Assembly (NCBI GenBank): GCA_963701085.1
Contig: OY969561.1
Coordinates: forward strand, 929,858-993,857
Source: an uncultured bacterium
Lineage (GTDB): Bacteria > Babelota > Babeliae > Babelales > Vermiphilaceae
Reading direction: 5' to 3'
Length of the DNA stretch: 64,000 bases
Under the pieces are notes generated by a model, which saw only the letters and a list, made by a program, of their open reading frames with translations, was not told the DNA's origin and searched no databases. Shown here piece by piece: positions 30,567 to 40,858 of the stretch. Numbering within the stretch: the stretch's first letter is position 1; each line of letters begins with the position of its first letter. The position numbers and the translations under genes are program-made.

Positions 30567-30682
30567 ATATAAAAAAATGTATAAAAAGATAAGAAACTCG
30601 ATATGGAGGAAAAACCTCTCATATCGTCTCCTTTAAACTACCACTTTTTTTACAAACTGTCAAATCAATGATTCAACCAGCT

Positions 30683-31282
30683 TTATTCCACGCTCTTTAA
30701 TAAAAAATTTCCAGCTGTTTCAGAATCCTGATCCATAGAATCTTTAATTTCCTGCAATTGGCCCAAAATCTCTTTATCTAATGCCAACGCTTCGATCAAC
30801 GCTGATCTATTCTTCCATGCATCATGGATATTTAACGCAGCAAATACTTTACCTACAGTAACCAGGCCCAGTAAATCATTAACAATAAAAGCATCCATCA
30901 CTGCTAAACGTATCGGGTGAAATAAATCAAAGATACTATCATTATAGTTGGACAAATAACCATCTCTAAGATTATTAAGCCCTACTAAAGAAAAATTTTG
31001 AGCTAACAAAATTCCACCGAGTACGGCCGCATTTTTCCATAAAGTCTTTTTAAAGCTCTTATTCGCTGCAGCCAGCCTTACTTCAGTCAATTGAATATTC
31101 ATTGCAGTAATACCCATGAACATATCAATATTCTCAGTAATCATCGGCACATCAGCAATATTTTGCCCAAGCTCATGTAAAGTGTATAAAATCTCTCTTT
31201 CTTGCGTACCCATTGCAAATGTGCTGTTTGCGCCAAAAAACATCAATCCTGCCAATACTAACATATTCATCTTGTTCATCAT
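30683..31282 (-). CDS. small membrane/secreted protein, family B member 1
   Basis: Leader ..GANSTFAMG, central hydrophobic segment, C-terminal ALDKEILGQLQEIK motif shared with the next three genes. Confidence 0.55.
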   Translation of the reverse strand: MMNKMNMLVLAGLMFFGANSTFAMGTQEREILYTLHELGQNIADVPMITENIDMFMGITAMNIQLTEVRLAAANKSFKKTLWKNAAVLGGILLAQNFSLVGLNNLRDGYLSNYNDSIFDLFHPIRLAVMDAFIVNDLLGLVTVGKVFAALNIHDAWKNRSALIEALALDKEILGQLQEIKDSMDQDSETAGNFLLKSVE

Positions 31283-31309
31283 CGTCCTTACATTATTGTT
31301 ATAATTTTC

Positions 31310-32041
31310 TTAAAAACCTGCGTCATATTTAATCTGTTTTAATTGTGCTATCGCAATTGAATTACGATCACATCTTTCTTGCATTTCTTGAATAAATGCC
31401 GCATTTCTATTGCGGTAATTCGATAATTTACTTGAAGAATATTTAGCAACACTCACTAACATCAGTGTCGCAACAAAAGTGAATGGTAAAAGTGGAGCAA
31501 TTGTTAAAATAGAACGATTATAATCACTCTGCTGCATTAAATACTGAGCACGTGCATCATAATATCTTAAAGAAGTATCAATATAATCAGGCAAATTAGT
31601 ACATGTAGAGTTAATCACTCTAGAACCAATTTTATCACAGAAATTAGCAGCAGAAGAACTATTCCAAATATTGTAAGTAAGAACAAAACCAACAGTAGTA
31701 GCTATACCTGCTGCCAACGCACCAAGCCCTGAACCAATTGCTACTGATTTAACAGAACCAGGAATCATCCAAGAATACCAATAACCTTCAGCCCAGCTTT
31801 TATTTTTCATAGCTTGTTGGCTATCTTTTTCTAAAATCGCAATATCACGATCAATAAGCGCACGGCTAAATTGACCATTTTCAAGATACTGCGCAATTCC
31901 CAAAGCATTCGCTTTGCTCAAATGACAAATATGATCACGCCTTGCCTGTTCTTCCTGAGTAGTAAGTTGCTGCATTGGCAACATAGACGCCGTACTAAAC
32001 ACCATTAAATTCATCGCCAAAACTATAGTCTTCTTATTCAT
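31310..32041 (-). CDS. small membrane/secreted protein, family B member 2
   Basis: Leader ..STASMLPMQ. IDRDIAILEKD, Gly-rich TM region, C-terminal CDRNSIAIAQLKQIK. Confidence 0.55.
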   Translation of the reverse strand: MNKKTIVLAMNLMVFSTASMLPMQQLTTQEEQARRDHICHLSKANALGIAQYLENGQFSRALIDRDIAILEKDSQQAMKNKSWAEGYWYSWMIPGSVKSVAIGSGLGALAAGIATTVGFVLTYNIWNSSSAANFCDKIGSRVINSTCTNLPDYIDTSLRYYDARAQYLMQQSDYNRSILTIAPLLPFTFVATLMLVSVAKYSSSKLSNYRNRNAAFIQEMQERCDRNSIAIAQLKQIKYDAGF

Positions 32042-32113
32042 GATCGTCCCTCCTAATAAGTATAACCATTATATTCTACACACTTATGAGTATATATTTT
32101 CTATACACTTATA

Positions 32114-32141
32114 AGTATATGTTTTTGTTTCAATTTGTCAA
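32114..32141 (-). promoter_or_regulatory. candidate sigma-70-type promoter for 31310-32041
   Basis: Minus strand reads TTGACA (32141-32136) - 16 nt - TATACT (32119-32114), about 70 nt upstream of the ATG. The homologous spacer at 32949-33121 has TTGACT at 33020-33015 but a poorer -10. Confidence 0.35.
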
Positions 32142-32270
32142 AAGCCCCATTCTGACAAGTAAAATAGCAGCTCTTTACGTAAAGAACATATGTACGTTAT
32201 ACAGACGGGTTGTTCTATTAAAGTCATTTAAAGTTTACGTTTTTTCAGTTCAGAAGGATAAGCTCTTATT

Positions 32271-32948
32271 TTAAATTATTTCTTTAATTGCTGCTAACAG
32301 ATCAATAATTGCTTGATCACGTTCAACATGCTTTTGAGTTTTTTGGATATATCTATACAATGTTCTTGCATAACCACAAACATTACAGAGTTTATTTAAA
32401 AACAGCAACGCACATATAACGGTAACTGCAGCAGTTATACATGTTGTATCAATAAATGCGTTTATCTTAGGATCACATTTAGCAATAGCACTCAAATTCT
32501 TTTTTACAAATTCTTCATAATCCATAGGTGAAAGTAAGTTATATGCAACTTTATCAACAAACGATACTACTGTTTTTACTGATGCATAATCATTCTGAAT
32601 AAGATCTTTTATTTTTCCAAAAGAAGAACTACAAATAAGAGCTGAAAGAATAGAGGACCCCCCCCAAAAACCACCTACAAATAGATCGCTCTTAACGGCC
32701 CCTTTACAAAAAGTGATTCTACGTTGTAGTGAGTATTTATGCTGAGATAAAATAGTAATATCACGATCAATAACTTCTGACAAAGTTAACGCATCTTCAG
32801 CTAAAGTAAACGTATTAATTTGATGATTTTGATAATTTAAATACAAATCTTTACGAATTGCACGTTCTTCACTATCACTCATGGGCAACATTGAACTTGT
32901 AGCTAAAGCTATCATCATGGTCATAAAAAACATATTTTTCTTATTCAT
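32271..32948 (-). CDS. small membrane/secreted protein, family B member 3
   Basis: Leader ..ATSSMLPMS. IDRDITILSQH, hydrophobic segments, C-terminal ERDQAIIDLLAAIK. Confidence 0.55.
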   Translation of the reverse strand: MNKKNMFFMTMMIALATSSMLPMSDSEERAIRKDLYLNYQNHQINTFTLAEDALTLSEVIDRDITILSQHKYSLQRRITFCKGAVKSDLFVGGFWGGSSILSALICSSSFGKIKDLIQNDYASVKTVVSFVDKVAYNLLSPMDYEEFVKKNLSAIAKCDPKINAFIDTTCITAAVTVICALLFLNKLCNVCGYARTLYRYIQKTQKHVERDQAIIDLLAAIKEII

Positions 32949-33121
32949 AATAGCACCTAATAGTTATAATTATCATTATTCCACCTACTTATAACTTTAA
33001 ATTTTATTTCAATTAGTCAATAGCCCCATCAAATGTTTAAAGCACAGCTCTTACGTAAACAACCCATCTGTACGTTCATACAGACGGGTCATTCCTATTA
33101 AAGTCGTTTTTATCTAAAAAA

Positions 33122-33817
33122 TTAGTCTCTGGATACGGCAACCATGCTCAATGGCTGAACAAGGCTATTAAGAGCGCCAATGACGCTATTAACCATATTA
33201 AGCGATGATGCAGCTACAGTACCCACACTACCATCCCGCGAAGCTTTGATCTTTTCTAAAGCAGCCAAAATCTGCTTATCTCTTTCTAATCGCCCTACCA
33301 AACGTTCATCATGACGATATACCTTATGAAACTGACTTCCTGCAATTGCTGCCAATAATGTTGTAGCTGCTCCCAAGATTACCGTTGAAATGACTGCACC
33401 TTGAGGATCTGCACTGCTGGCTCTTTTTATATAAGAATCATACGCACAATATCCCCATAAAGTTGCAAAGCTTGAAAGTGCCGTTCCGCGTAACATTGCA
33501 TTGCTATATAATCCACTTTCTTTCTCTACAATCTTAATCTCCAGAGTTTTTATGTGCTCAGCTAAAACGGTTATAAAGTAATCGATAGGGAAATTAATCA
33601 ACTCCAAACAGTGAGGATTATATCTATACAACCAATAAAGTTGTCTTCTTAAACATCTCTCACTTGGCAAAAAACGATCAGAACAATAATGATTTTGATC
33701 TCCATAACACTGATGAACATCCTGATCAAAACTAACAGCAAGATGACTGCTATGATAATGCGCTGAAACAGAACCAACCATTGATGTTAACAACAAAGCT
33801 AAAAACTTATTCTTCAT
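33122..33817 (-). CDS. small membrane/secreted protein, family B member 4
   Basis: Signal-like N-terminus, hydrophobic segments, C-terminal ERDKQILAALEKIK. Confidence 0.5.
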   Translation of the reverse strand: MKNKFLALLLTSMVGSVSAHYHSSHLAVSFDQDVHQCYGDQNHYCSDRFLPSERCLRRQLYWLYRYNPHCLELINFPIDYFITVLAEHIKTLEIKIVEKESGLYSNAMLRGTALSSFATLWGYCAYDSYIKRASSADPQGAVISTVILGAATTLLAAIAGSQFHKVYRHDERLVGRLERDKQILAALEKIKASRDGSVGTVAASSLNMVNSVIGALNSLVQPLSMVAVSRD

Positions 33818-34069
33818 ATCTGCTCTCCTACATGGAATGTTTTGTAATGTTTTTAAACTGCTCTTACTTATATAACAAATAATTTTAAATCACTCAATTT
33901 TTACATAATCAATTATATTCATCAGGACGCATATATCATTAAAATTTCATTTCTTTAACAGAAAATATTTCTTAAAAACTTAACAAATCACTTCAATAAT
34001 AAACTCAAAAATTGTATGATGCTTTCTTAATAAACAATTTTATCATTTTACACCTTTTGGAGTAATCAC

Positions 34070-35273
34070 ATGTCATGCACTCACCACATTATTTTCTCAA
34101 TTCTCTGCGCTTCTAATGTTGTATTATCAATTGACTTCACAGAAAAATGGTAACCCGCGTCCACCTATAAACATAAACCCCCACTACTAATCCAATAGAA
34201 ACAATCAGTGAAACTGAAATTGAAGAGATGGAACTGGTTTTTAAATATTCTCCTCTAGAAGCACAGCTAATTGTTAATCACTTACAAGACACCACCTATT
34301 TCCCTGATGATAAAGACTATAGGTCAGCAATATTTTTTGGTGCACCTGGATCAGGAAAAACAATGATGGCTAAAGCTATTGCCTACAAAATGGCACAAAA
34401 AGGTTGGGATTGTAAATTTGTATCAAGCACCTCTCTTTTTGGAGGGCATCGCGATCAAACAGCTATGCGCGTTACACAAGAATTGGAATCAATTGTCGCA
34501 TCAAAAAAACCTACTATCATAATAATTGACGAACTACACCGACTCCTTGAAAATGCAGACAGCAAACATCACGATACTGATTCAACATCAACAGCATTAT
34601 GGACATTTCTTGATAGTCAAGAAAGCAATGAAAACTTCTTTCTCATTGGGACTATGAATCGCATTGATAAGCTACCTCAACCGTTCAAAAGTAGAATTAT
34701 TTCTGACTATATACATTTTCCGCTCGCAACAGATCCTAAAATTAAAAACATGCTCGTTCGCATTTATTTAACAACCAAAAATAGCGTTTTTCATGAAGAA
34801 GTGAATGATGATTTTTTAAATAAAGAATTGGAAAAAATAAATGATTGAGCTGGAAGATGTTTAAAAAAAATATGCCGAGCAATAGGTAAAACAAATATAA
34901 GAAATGAATGAAAAAAACGTTCTAAATCTGTGATTAAAAAAGCCGTCATAACACAAGTTGTAGACGAGCATATAAAAAGAAAGGCTGCAATAAAATACGA
35001 TTGGGTAGATGAAACTGATGATGAGCGGCAAAATCGTCATCATAAAGAAAATAAGTAGAAGCACAAGAAAGACATTTCGTTGAACAACTAATAATACAAA
35101 TTACTTCGAGCTATGAACACAACCCTCTACTTAATCTTAGACAGCTTATACATGGAGACGAATCAGGACTCGTGTCTTTAATTTCAGACGAGCAACAACA
35201 AATCTATGCCGACATTATGGCAAAAACCCGGGCAAGAAGAGAAAACGCAAAAAAAAACAATACATATAAATGA
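34070..35273 (+). pseudogene. AAA+ ATPase with hydrophobic N-terminus, copy 1 (in-frame TGA plus several frame changes as sequenced)
   Basis: GGAG 8 nt before ATG 34070 (MSCTHHIIFSILCASNVVLS). Walker A GAPGSGKT, Walker B IIIIDELH, sensor region LIGTMNRIDKLPQPFKSRI (34228-34848). TGA at 34846-34848 is in frame with ..AGRCLKKICRAIGKTNIRNE. Further fragments run to TGA 35271-35273. Confidence 0.6.
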
Positions 35274-35291
35274 TTTTATTGGAAAACAATA

Positions 35292-36505
35292 ATGAACAAA
35301 TTTATATTCATTACCCTAATGCTTTAATCGAATACCTTATTGTCAGATCAAGATAGCTCAGAAAAACCTATAGAAAAAGAGCCTCGCATTAAAATCACAC
35401 CACTATACACGCCTGATTTGGAAAATCGGCAACAGGCTCAAACTCCTTCAGAAGATATAAATCAAGCAAACAACACTCAAGAAAATCCTCCTCAAAAGCC
35501 AACAGCTAGGGCATTAATACTACCTGCTGAATGGATCTTAGAATCATCAATGGAAAGTGCACCGGAATTATTAAAAGGTATTTTTTGCTACTTACAATCA
35601 CGTTCACATTGCATGGATGAATCACAACTCTCTGTAGCTATACCATCTTGCCATCGATTTATTTTAGTGGGGCCGCCTGGATCAGGAAAAACAACCTTAG
35701 CCCATGCAATGGCACATATGCTTGGCTATTCTATAGTATTTGTTCCAGCAACAGGTCTTTTGGGGCGCTTTAGAAATGAAACAGCTAAGAATATACAAAA
35801 TTTGTTAAGAGAACAAAATAATGATGAAAAAACAATATCAGTGAGAACCATAAATAATGAACAATCACAAACAACAGACATTCTCAAACGGCTGCCGCTT
35901 TTTGGCTTGCCCTTGATGACATAGAAAAGCGTAACCCCAATGTTATTTTTATTGGTACAGCCAATAACGTTGATAAATTACCACCGGAAATAAAAAGTCG
36001 CTTTTCTGGAAAAGTTATTACCATGCCATTGCCTGATAAAAATCAAAAAATCAAGGCGTTCAAAAATAGCATAGATCATGATCTATCAATAGCATTAGAC
36101 AATTCAATTAATGATGTATTTATTGCAAAAATGATACAGCAAATAAAAAATTGCTCAATGCGTGATGTACAATTAATTATCGATATAGCAAAAATGTTTC
36201 GCTATGCTGAAGGGCCTGTAACCGAGCCTTTTATTATTTTAACAAAAGCTCACTTTCAGCGAGTACTTGATGAGCTACAAGCTGAATCTGAAGTATTACA
36301 AAAAAGCTTTTCTGATAGACTTTGTGAAAAATTACAACCTTGGGGAGTAGTTTTTGGTATAGCTGCTAATGCTTGTGTTTTAGCAAGAGCTTCATCTGAC
36401 TTATTAAGAAGCAATCCTGAAGTTTTGCAAAAAATACAATCATTATGGTCAAAAATTTTATTCAACAACAATAGCATTCCGGGCACATTACAATGCTTCA
36501 TTTAA
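35292..36505 (+). pseudogene. AAA+ ATPase with hydrophobic N-terminus, copy 2 (about 2 frame changes as sequenced)
   Basis: MNKFIFITLML leader scrap, Walker A GPPGSGKT (35340-35924). The frame switches near 35865-35880 into ..AAAFWLALDDIEKRNPNVIFIGTANNVDKLPPEIKSRF.., continuing as 36023-36505. Confidence 0.6.
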
Positions 36506-37044
36506 ACAAAAGTGCACTAAGCATAATTATTACTCTTTTTATTTACTGTAATACTTATACAATAACACCTCTGACACCTGAGGTATGGATTGCTTCAAAA
36601 ATTGATACTAGTCCTTATAATTGCACTATAGAAACGTCTATAGAAACAATTACATCTTATACGATTACTCATGAAAATCGTATTATGCTTGAGCAAGATT
36701 ACTTTAATCGTGAAACAGGAGAGATAGGTCATAGAAGCATGCAGATTTACCCTGATGATTCTCTTTCGAACAACTTTAATTCTTTTGATACAAACCTATC
36801 TCATAATCATTCAGATTCACCGCTACATTCAAATAATACTGACTCTTCTGGCAAATCAACCATGCCATCATATGCAACTGATTGGCAAGATGCTCATTCG
36901 AAACAGTCTAGAGAAGAATCTTGTAAACAAGAAGCTCTAGAAAGAGAAATACACAATATGGAAAATAATCAAACAATACGAACATATAATACAAGCAATA
37001 TACTTAATTATTTGAACAATTTGAATCAGCCGACAGCCTTATAA
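36493..37044 (+). CDS. secreted S/N/T-rich hypothetical protein
   Basis: Start overlaps the preceding stop. Hydrophobic leader LSIIITLFIYC. Low-complexity C-terminal half. Confidence 0.45.
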   Translation: MLHLNKSALSIIITLFIYCNTYTITPLTPEVWIASKIDTSPYNCTIETSIETITSYTITHENRIMLEQDYFNRETGEIGHRSMQIYPDDSLSNNFNSFDTNLSHNHSDSPLHSNNTDSSGKSTMPSYATDWQDAHSKQSREESCKQEALEREIHNMENNQTIRTYNTSNILNYLNNLNQPTAL

Positions 37045-37189
37045 CAGCATTATCATCCCCAATAATTAGCACACACATTCAGAAAACTAAATATCTATTG
37101 CGGATAAATGTATAGAAAAAGGTAAGGTTTAGAAAAAAACAGTATGAAGTGATCAACTAACTTTTCTTGATCTATTAATATCAGGAGAG

Positions 37190-39279
37190 ATGACACGACT
37201 GCTCACGCACATACAACATCCTAATTTAGCTATTGCCGAAATTGCTTTTCACATATTAAAAGATTGCTGGCCTTGGAAACGAAATTATACATTTTTAATC
37301 CCTAGCTTGGCTAATGATACTGAAGAGTCAGATTATATTACAAATTTAGGCATCGACATAATGAAAATCGTTGAAAGAGATTATATAACGCGTGAAGACT
37401 ATATTGCAAAATATACTAATGCACAATCCCTCAAAATAGTACGAGGATATAAAGAAAAATGCATTCTGTTACAAAAAAAAGGTTCTCTCGATGGTCTTTC
37501 TAGTGAAACACATCGTTTATATAATCATGTTATTAAAAATGGCGAAAAGAATAACCTTACAGACAACATATGTCTCGCAATAGCTGAAAAAACCTATCTT
37601 AATCCAGTAACCACTTTTTTACATACAATTGTACATGCTCCATCTCTTGAAGAAGCACACAATGCACTAATTTAGAAACGAAAATATTAAATCAAGCAAA
37701 CAAAGAGAATATTAATCTTGATTCCACAATTAAAGATTGGATCATTAAAAAATATGAATATGATGTACTCGCAGCAGCCTGTAATTGTCATAGATCACAT
37801 GCTGATTATAGTAATAAATCTCCTTTTATTAATCTTTTTTCTTCTACTTTACACAACAACGACTCTATTCTTTCCAGTCCTCTGTATACTGTGATGCATA
37901 ATGTACAACAAAAACCTTTACCCATATCGCATGAAAACTTAACTCATCTTGTAAACCAAATTTCAGAACAGTTCAAATCTCTTAATATTACCGATCCTAT
38001 TGAACAAAAACAGGTCCTGATCGAAGACTTTGGTGTGGATATTATAGAGCTTGTCAACAACACCTATAAAAATCGGCCAGATCACAAAGATTTGGTTAAT
38101 TCTTTTACCTCTATTGATGTACACGCTCAATCCATAAACATACTCAATAATTGTCATGATTATACATCAGTAGGGCAACAATTTGATATAATGGCAGAAC
38201 ACGTTTTTCATAATGCAAAATTATGCAAACTCGATTTTGTACCAGAAGTAGAAAACCACATACTTGATTCAATACATATCATAAAAGCGCCACAAAATGA
38301 TGCTGAATTCGTGTTTAATATAACAGTGGTTGATCACCTACTAACTGACATTCAACATAAAGTGGATAATATTGTTGAAGGAAAATCAACGTCATATATA
38401 GAGCGAGGGTCAGAACTCTTCACGCGGGCAATAGTAAAATTTATTAAAGGACTCAATCCTGTTACACAAGCAAAAAGTGTAGGTGAGCTTCTCCAAGGTG
38501 CAGGACATCTTGCAAAGCACGTAATACAACACCCTATCAACTCATTACATACCCTACGTGAAATAGACATAAAAACATGTGAATTTTTAGTCGAAACCGC
38601 AATGTTTACATCAGATACTATTTTTGGACAAAATTACTTAACACCAGAAGAATATCAACAACGATGTGATCTGTTTTGGAAAGTTACTGAATCTGTATCA
38701 GCAGAACATGTTGTTGATTTAGTAGCCCAAATAACAGCAGATTTTGCTTTTGGTAAAGGATTTGCTAAGGCATTTATTTATCTTAAAGAAATAGATGCAG
38801 CAAGCAAATTAGAAAATTATGCTGCAAAAATAGCAGATAAATTGAAACAAGCAGTTGATACTCATCTTGCAGATAACCCTATTCTCGTCACGGCTGAAGG
38901 TATCGTACTCAAAACTTCTAATGATCTTAAAAAGTTTGGTGAAAAAATAAAAAATGGTTCAATAGGTCAAAAGGTAATCTTACATGTAAACAATATGAAA
39001 GAGTTTTTTGAACTACCATTCGGTCAGACGTTACATCCACATTCTTTAAAAACTTCTTATCAATACCAAAAGTTTTCGATCTACAAGCTAACAAAAAATA
39101 TACCTGAAACACGCTTAAAGAAAGGATACTTCTATTATTTAGATCGTTTACACGGCGATCATCTAGAAGTATTTGATAAGCAACTAAGAGTAGCAGCTGT
39201 TTATAATTTAGATGGGACTTTTAATATGGCAAAATTTGAGGCGGCACAGCAGGCTGGCCGCACTATTAAATTAACTTGA
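37190..39279 (+). CDS. large (about 695 aa) protein with a colicin-E3-like C-terminal toxin motif; one frame change near 37665-37675 as sequenced
   Basis: AGGAGAG before ATG 37190. The frame of 37891-39279 is open back to 37651 and overlaps the end of 37190-37675 (..EEAHNAL / NLETKILNQ..), so one gene is likely. C-terminus KKGYFYYLDRLHGDHLEVFDKQLRVAAVYNLDGTFNMAKFEAAQQAGRTIKLT*. Confidence 0.55.
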
Positions 39280-39286
39280 GATAAAA

Positions 39287-39589
39287 ATGGAAAATGAATT
39301 CAAAAAAATATTAACCTTCTTAGAAAAATTAAATAACAACGCTCCAAAAAAAATTATTCTCTCTTCTGAACTACAAGAAGAATACGATAATATAAAAGAT
39401 TTAAATAGGCTAAATAATGAAACCTTAAAACATCTTAACTTACTAAAAAAAGTTAACCCTTCTTCTATTGATGAAGTTATGGAACAAATTTGTTACTTCA
39501 ACGTTAATTTAAACACATATATCTGGCATATCGAAAGCATAAGAGACATAACTGAAAAATTTATCATGAAAGATTCAAAAAATGATTAA
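39287..39589 (+). CDS. small acidic helical protein, candidate immunity protein
   Basis: Starts 8 nt after the toxin stop. 100 aa, no signal peptide. Confidence 0.45.
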   Translation: MENEFKKILTFLEKLNNNAPKKIILSSELQEEYDNIKDLNRLNNETLKHLNLLKKVNPSSIDEVMEQICYFNVNLNTYIWHIESIRDITEKFIMKDSKND

Positions 39590-39908
39590 GGAAATACAAC
39601 AAATTTCACAAGAAATGCTTACATTAAATTCTCAAGTTTATGGTGCAATACTTTCAGAAAAAGATCTAACCACATTAGAAGAAGCTTTAATTAAAATAAA
39701 ACTTATTCAGGAAGGTATTAATAATCTACTAGATAAAACATTTTTAATTTCTTCAGCAAACACTAAAGAATCAACTGAAATAGTAACGAAAATATACGAA
39801 TTACTCGCTGAACTAGGCACAATCATTGAAACAATTAAGGAATTTTCAAGAAAATTTGTATGCAATTATCGAGAAGAATGGAATATCATCAACACAAATC
39901 AGGCATGA
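39582..39908 (+). CDS. small helical protein, candidate (orphan) immunity protein
   Basis: ATG overlaps the previous stop by 8 nt. 108 aa. Confidence 0.4.
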   Translation: MIKEIQQISQEMLTLNSQVYGAILSEKDLTTLEEALIKIKLIQEGINNLLDKTFLISSANTKESTEIVTKIYELLAELGTIIETIKEFSRKFVCNYREEWNIINTNQA

Positions 39909-39936
39909 TATGAATTACACAAATAATATAAATATA

Positions 39937-40171
39937 ATGAGCTGCCCTGGTATGTGAACAACAAGGAAATATTTATAATGCAAAGATACTTGATTTGGGA
40001 ATTATGATAAAGATATGTGATGAATGTGAAGCTTGTTGGCCTCAAGATCAAACAATCAGCATTAGCAATTTTAAAGGATTAACCACATTTTTTAAAGACC
40101 ATGGCTTAACTTACAAAGATGCCAAAATAGAAAATTTGGAATACGTAAAAGATCAAGATGTTCATTGTTAA
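39937..40171 (+). pseudogene. small zinc-ribbon protein (CxxC...CxxC), one extra base as sequenced
   Basis: Removing one G from CCTGGTATG (about 39950) gives MSCPVCEQQGNIYNAKILDLGIMIKICDECEACWPQDQTISISNFKGLTTFFKDHGLTYKDAKIENLEYVKDQDVHC*. Confidence 0.4.
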
Positions 40172-40172
40172 A

Positions 40173-40551
40173 ATGGAATTCGTTAAATTCATCAATTCAC
40201 CTCATGGAGGTTATATTTGCAAAAACGCATCTAATATAGAAATGACTATTTTAGGACGTTTTTTAACCAGCGATGTTGGAGGCGGGTTCTTCAGGATTTA
40301 AAAAATGGGGACTTACTGATAGTTGGGGCGATGCATGTAGTGGTAATCTTACCGCGCTGGAAAAAGATAACGATTATATACTACTTACTGACTTGTATTC
40401 AGAAGAAGAAACTCCAACAGAATTAAAAATGACTCAGGAACAATTTGTACAAATACTTACTAATTGGGAAGAAAAAGTCCTCAAATTAAAACCCAAAGAA
40501 GTAATCATTAAACATGAACATAACCAATTTATTATGGAAACAAAAGATTAA
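40173..40551 (+). pseudogene. small cytoplasmic hypothetical protein (about 125 aa), one frame change as sequenced
   Basis: ATG 40173 lies one base after the previous stop (TAAAATG). MEFVKFINSPHGGYICKNASNIEMTILGRFLTSDVGG.. joins ..SSGFKKWGLTDSWGDACSGNLTALEKDNDYILLTDLY.. (40273-40551) across a G-rich run near 40280. Confidence 0.4.
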
Positions 40552-40755
40552 TTGCTCTTCATTTTTTAAACAAATCAACACAATACTAAAAATTAAATTT
40601 TAAATAGCAGATTTCAATAGTCTCAAATATTCTTTAGAACTTTCATACACCATCTCTGAAATAAAATGCAGAAATGGTGTATTGTTATTTTTATATGCTT
40701 TTTTGACCTACTTCAAAAAAACAATTACCATTAAAATAAAGAATAAAGCGCTTAA

Positions 40756-40840
40756 CCCTTCAACAAGTTCAGGGTGAGCGCAACAAAGAACTGAATTTGT
40801 GTTTACTACTGATCCTGTCGAAGTATCAGAGTGAGCACAA
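40756..40840. repeat. RE-B half copy followed by a degenerate RE-A-like arm
   Basis: CCCTTCAACAAGTTCAGGGTGAGCGC (40756-40781), then ATCCTGTCGAAGTATCAGAGTGAGCAC (about 40812-40838). Confidence 0.5.
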
Positions 40841-40858
40841 TGAAAAAAGAAAGCCCCC

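Noticed and set aside
23101-34848. Stop-codon reassignment (TAA in gatB at 23101, TGA in the AAA+ gene at 34846) as evidence of a variant genetic code
   Set aside because: TAA and TGA terminate many well-conserved genes here exactly where orthologues end: TAA for truB, tpiA, mnmE, secG, dcd and moxR, and TGA for valS. These are isolated cases in a record full of other lesions.
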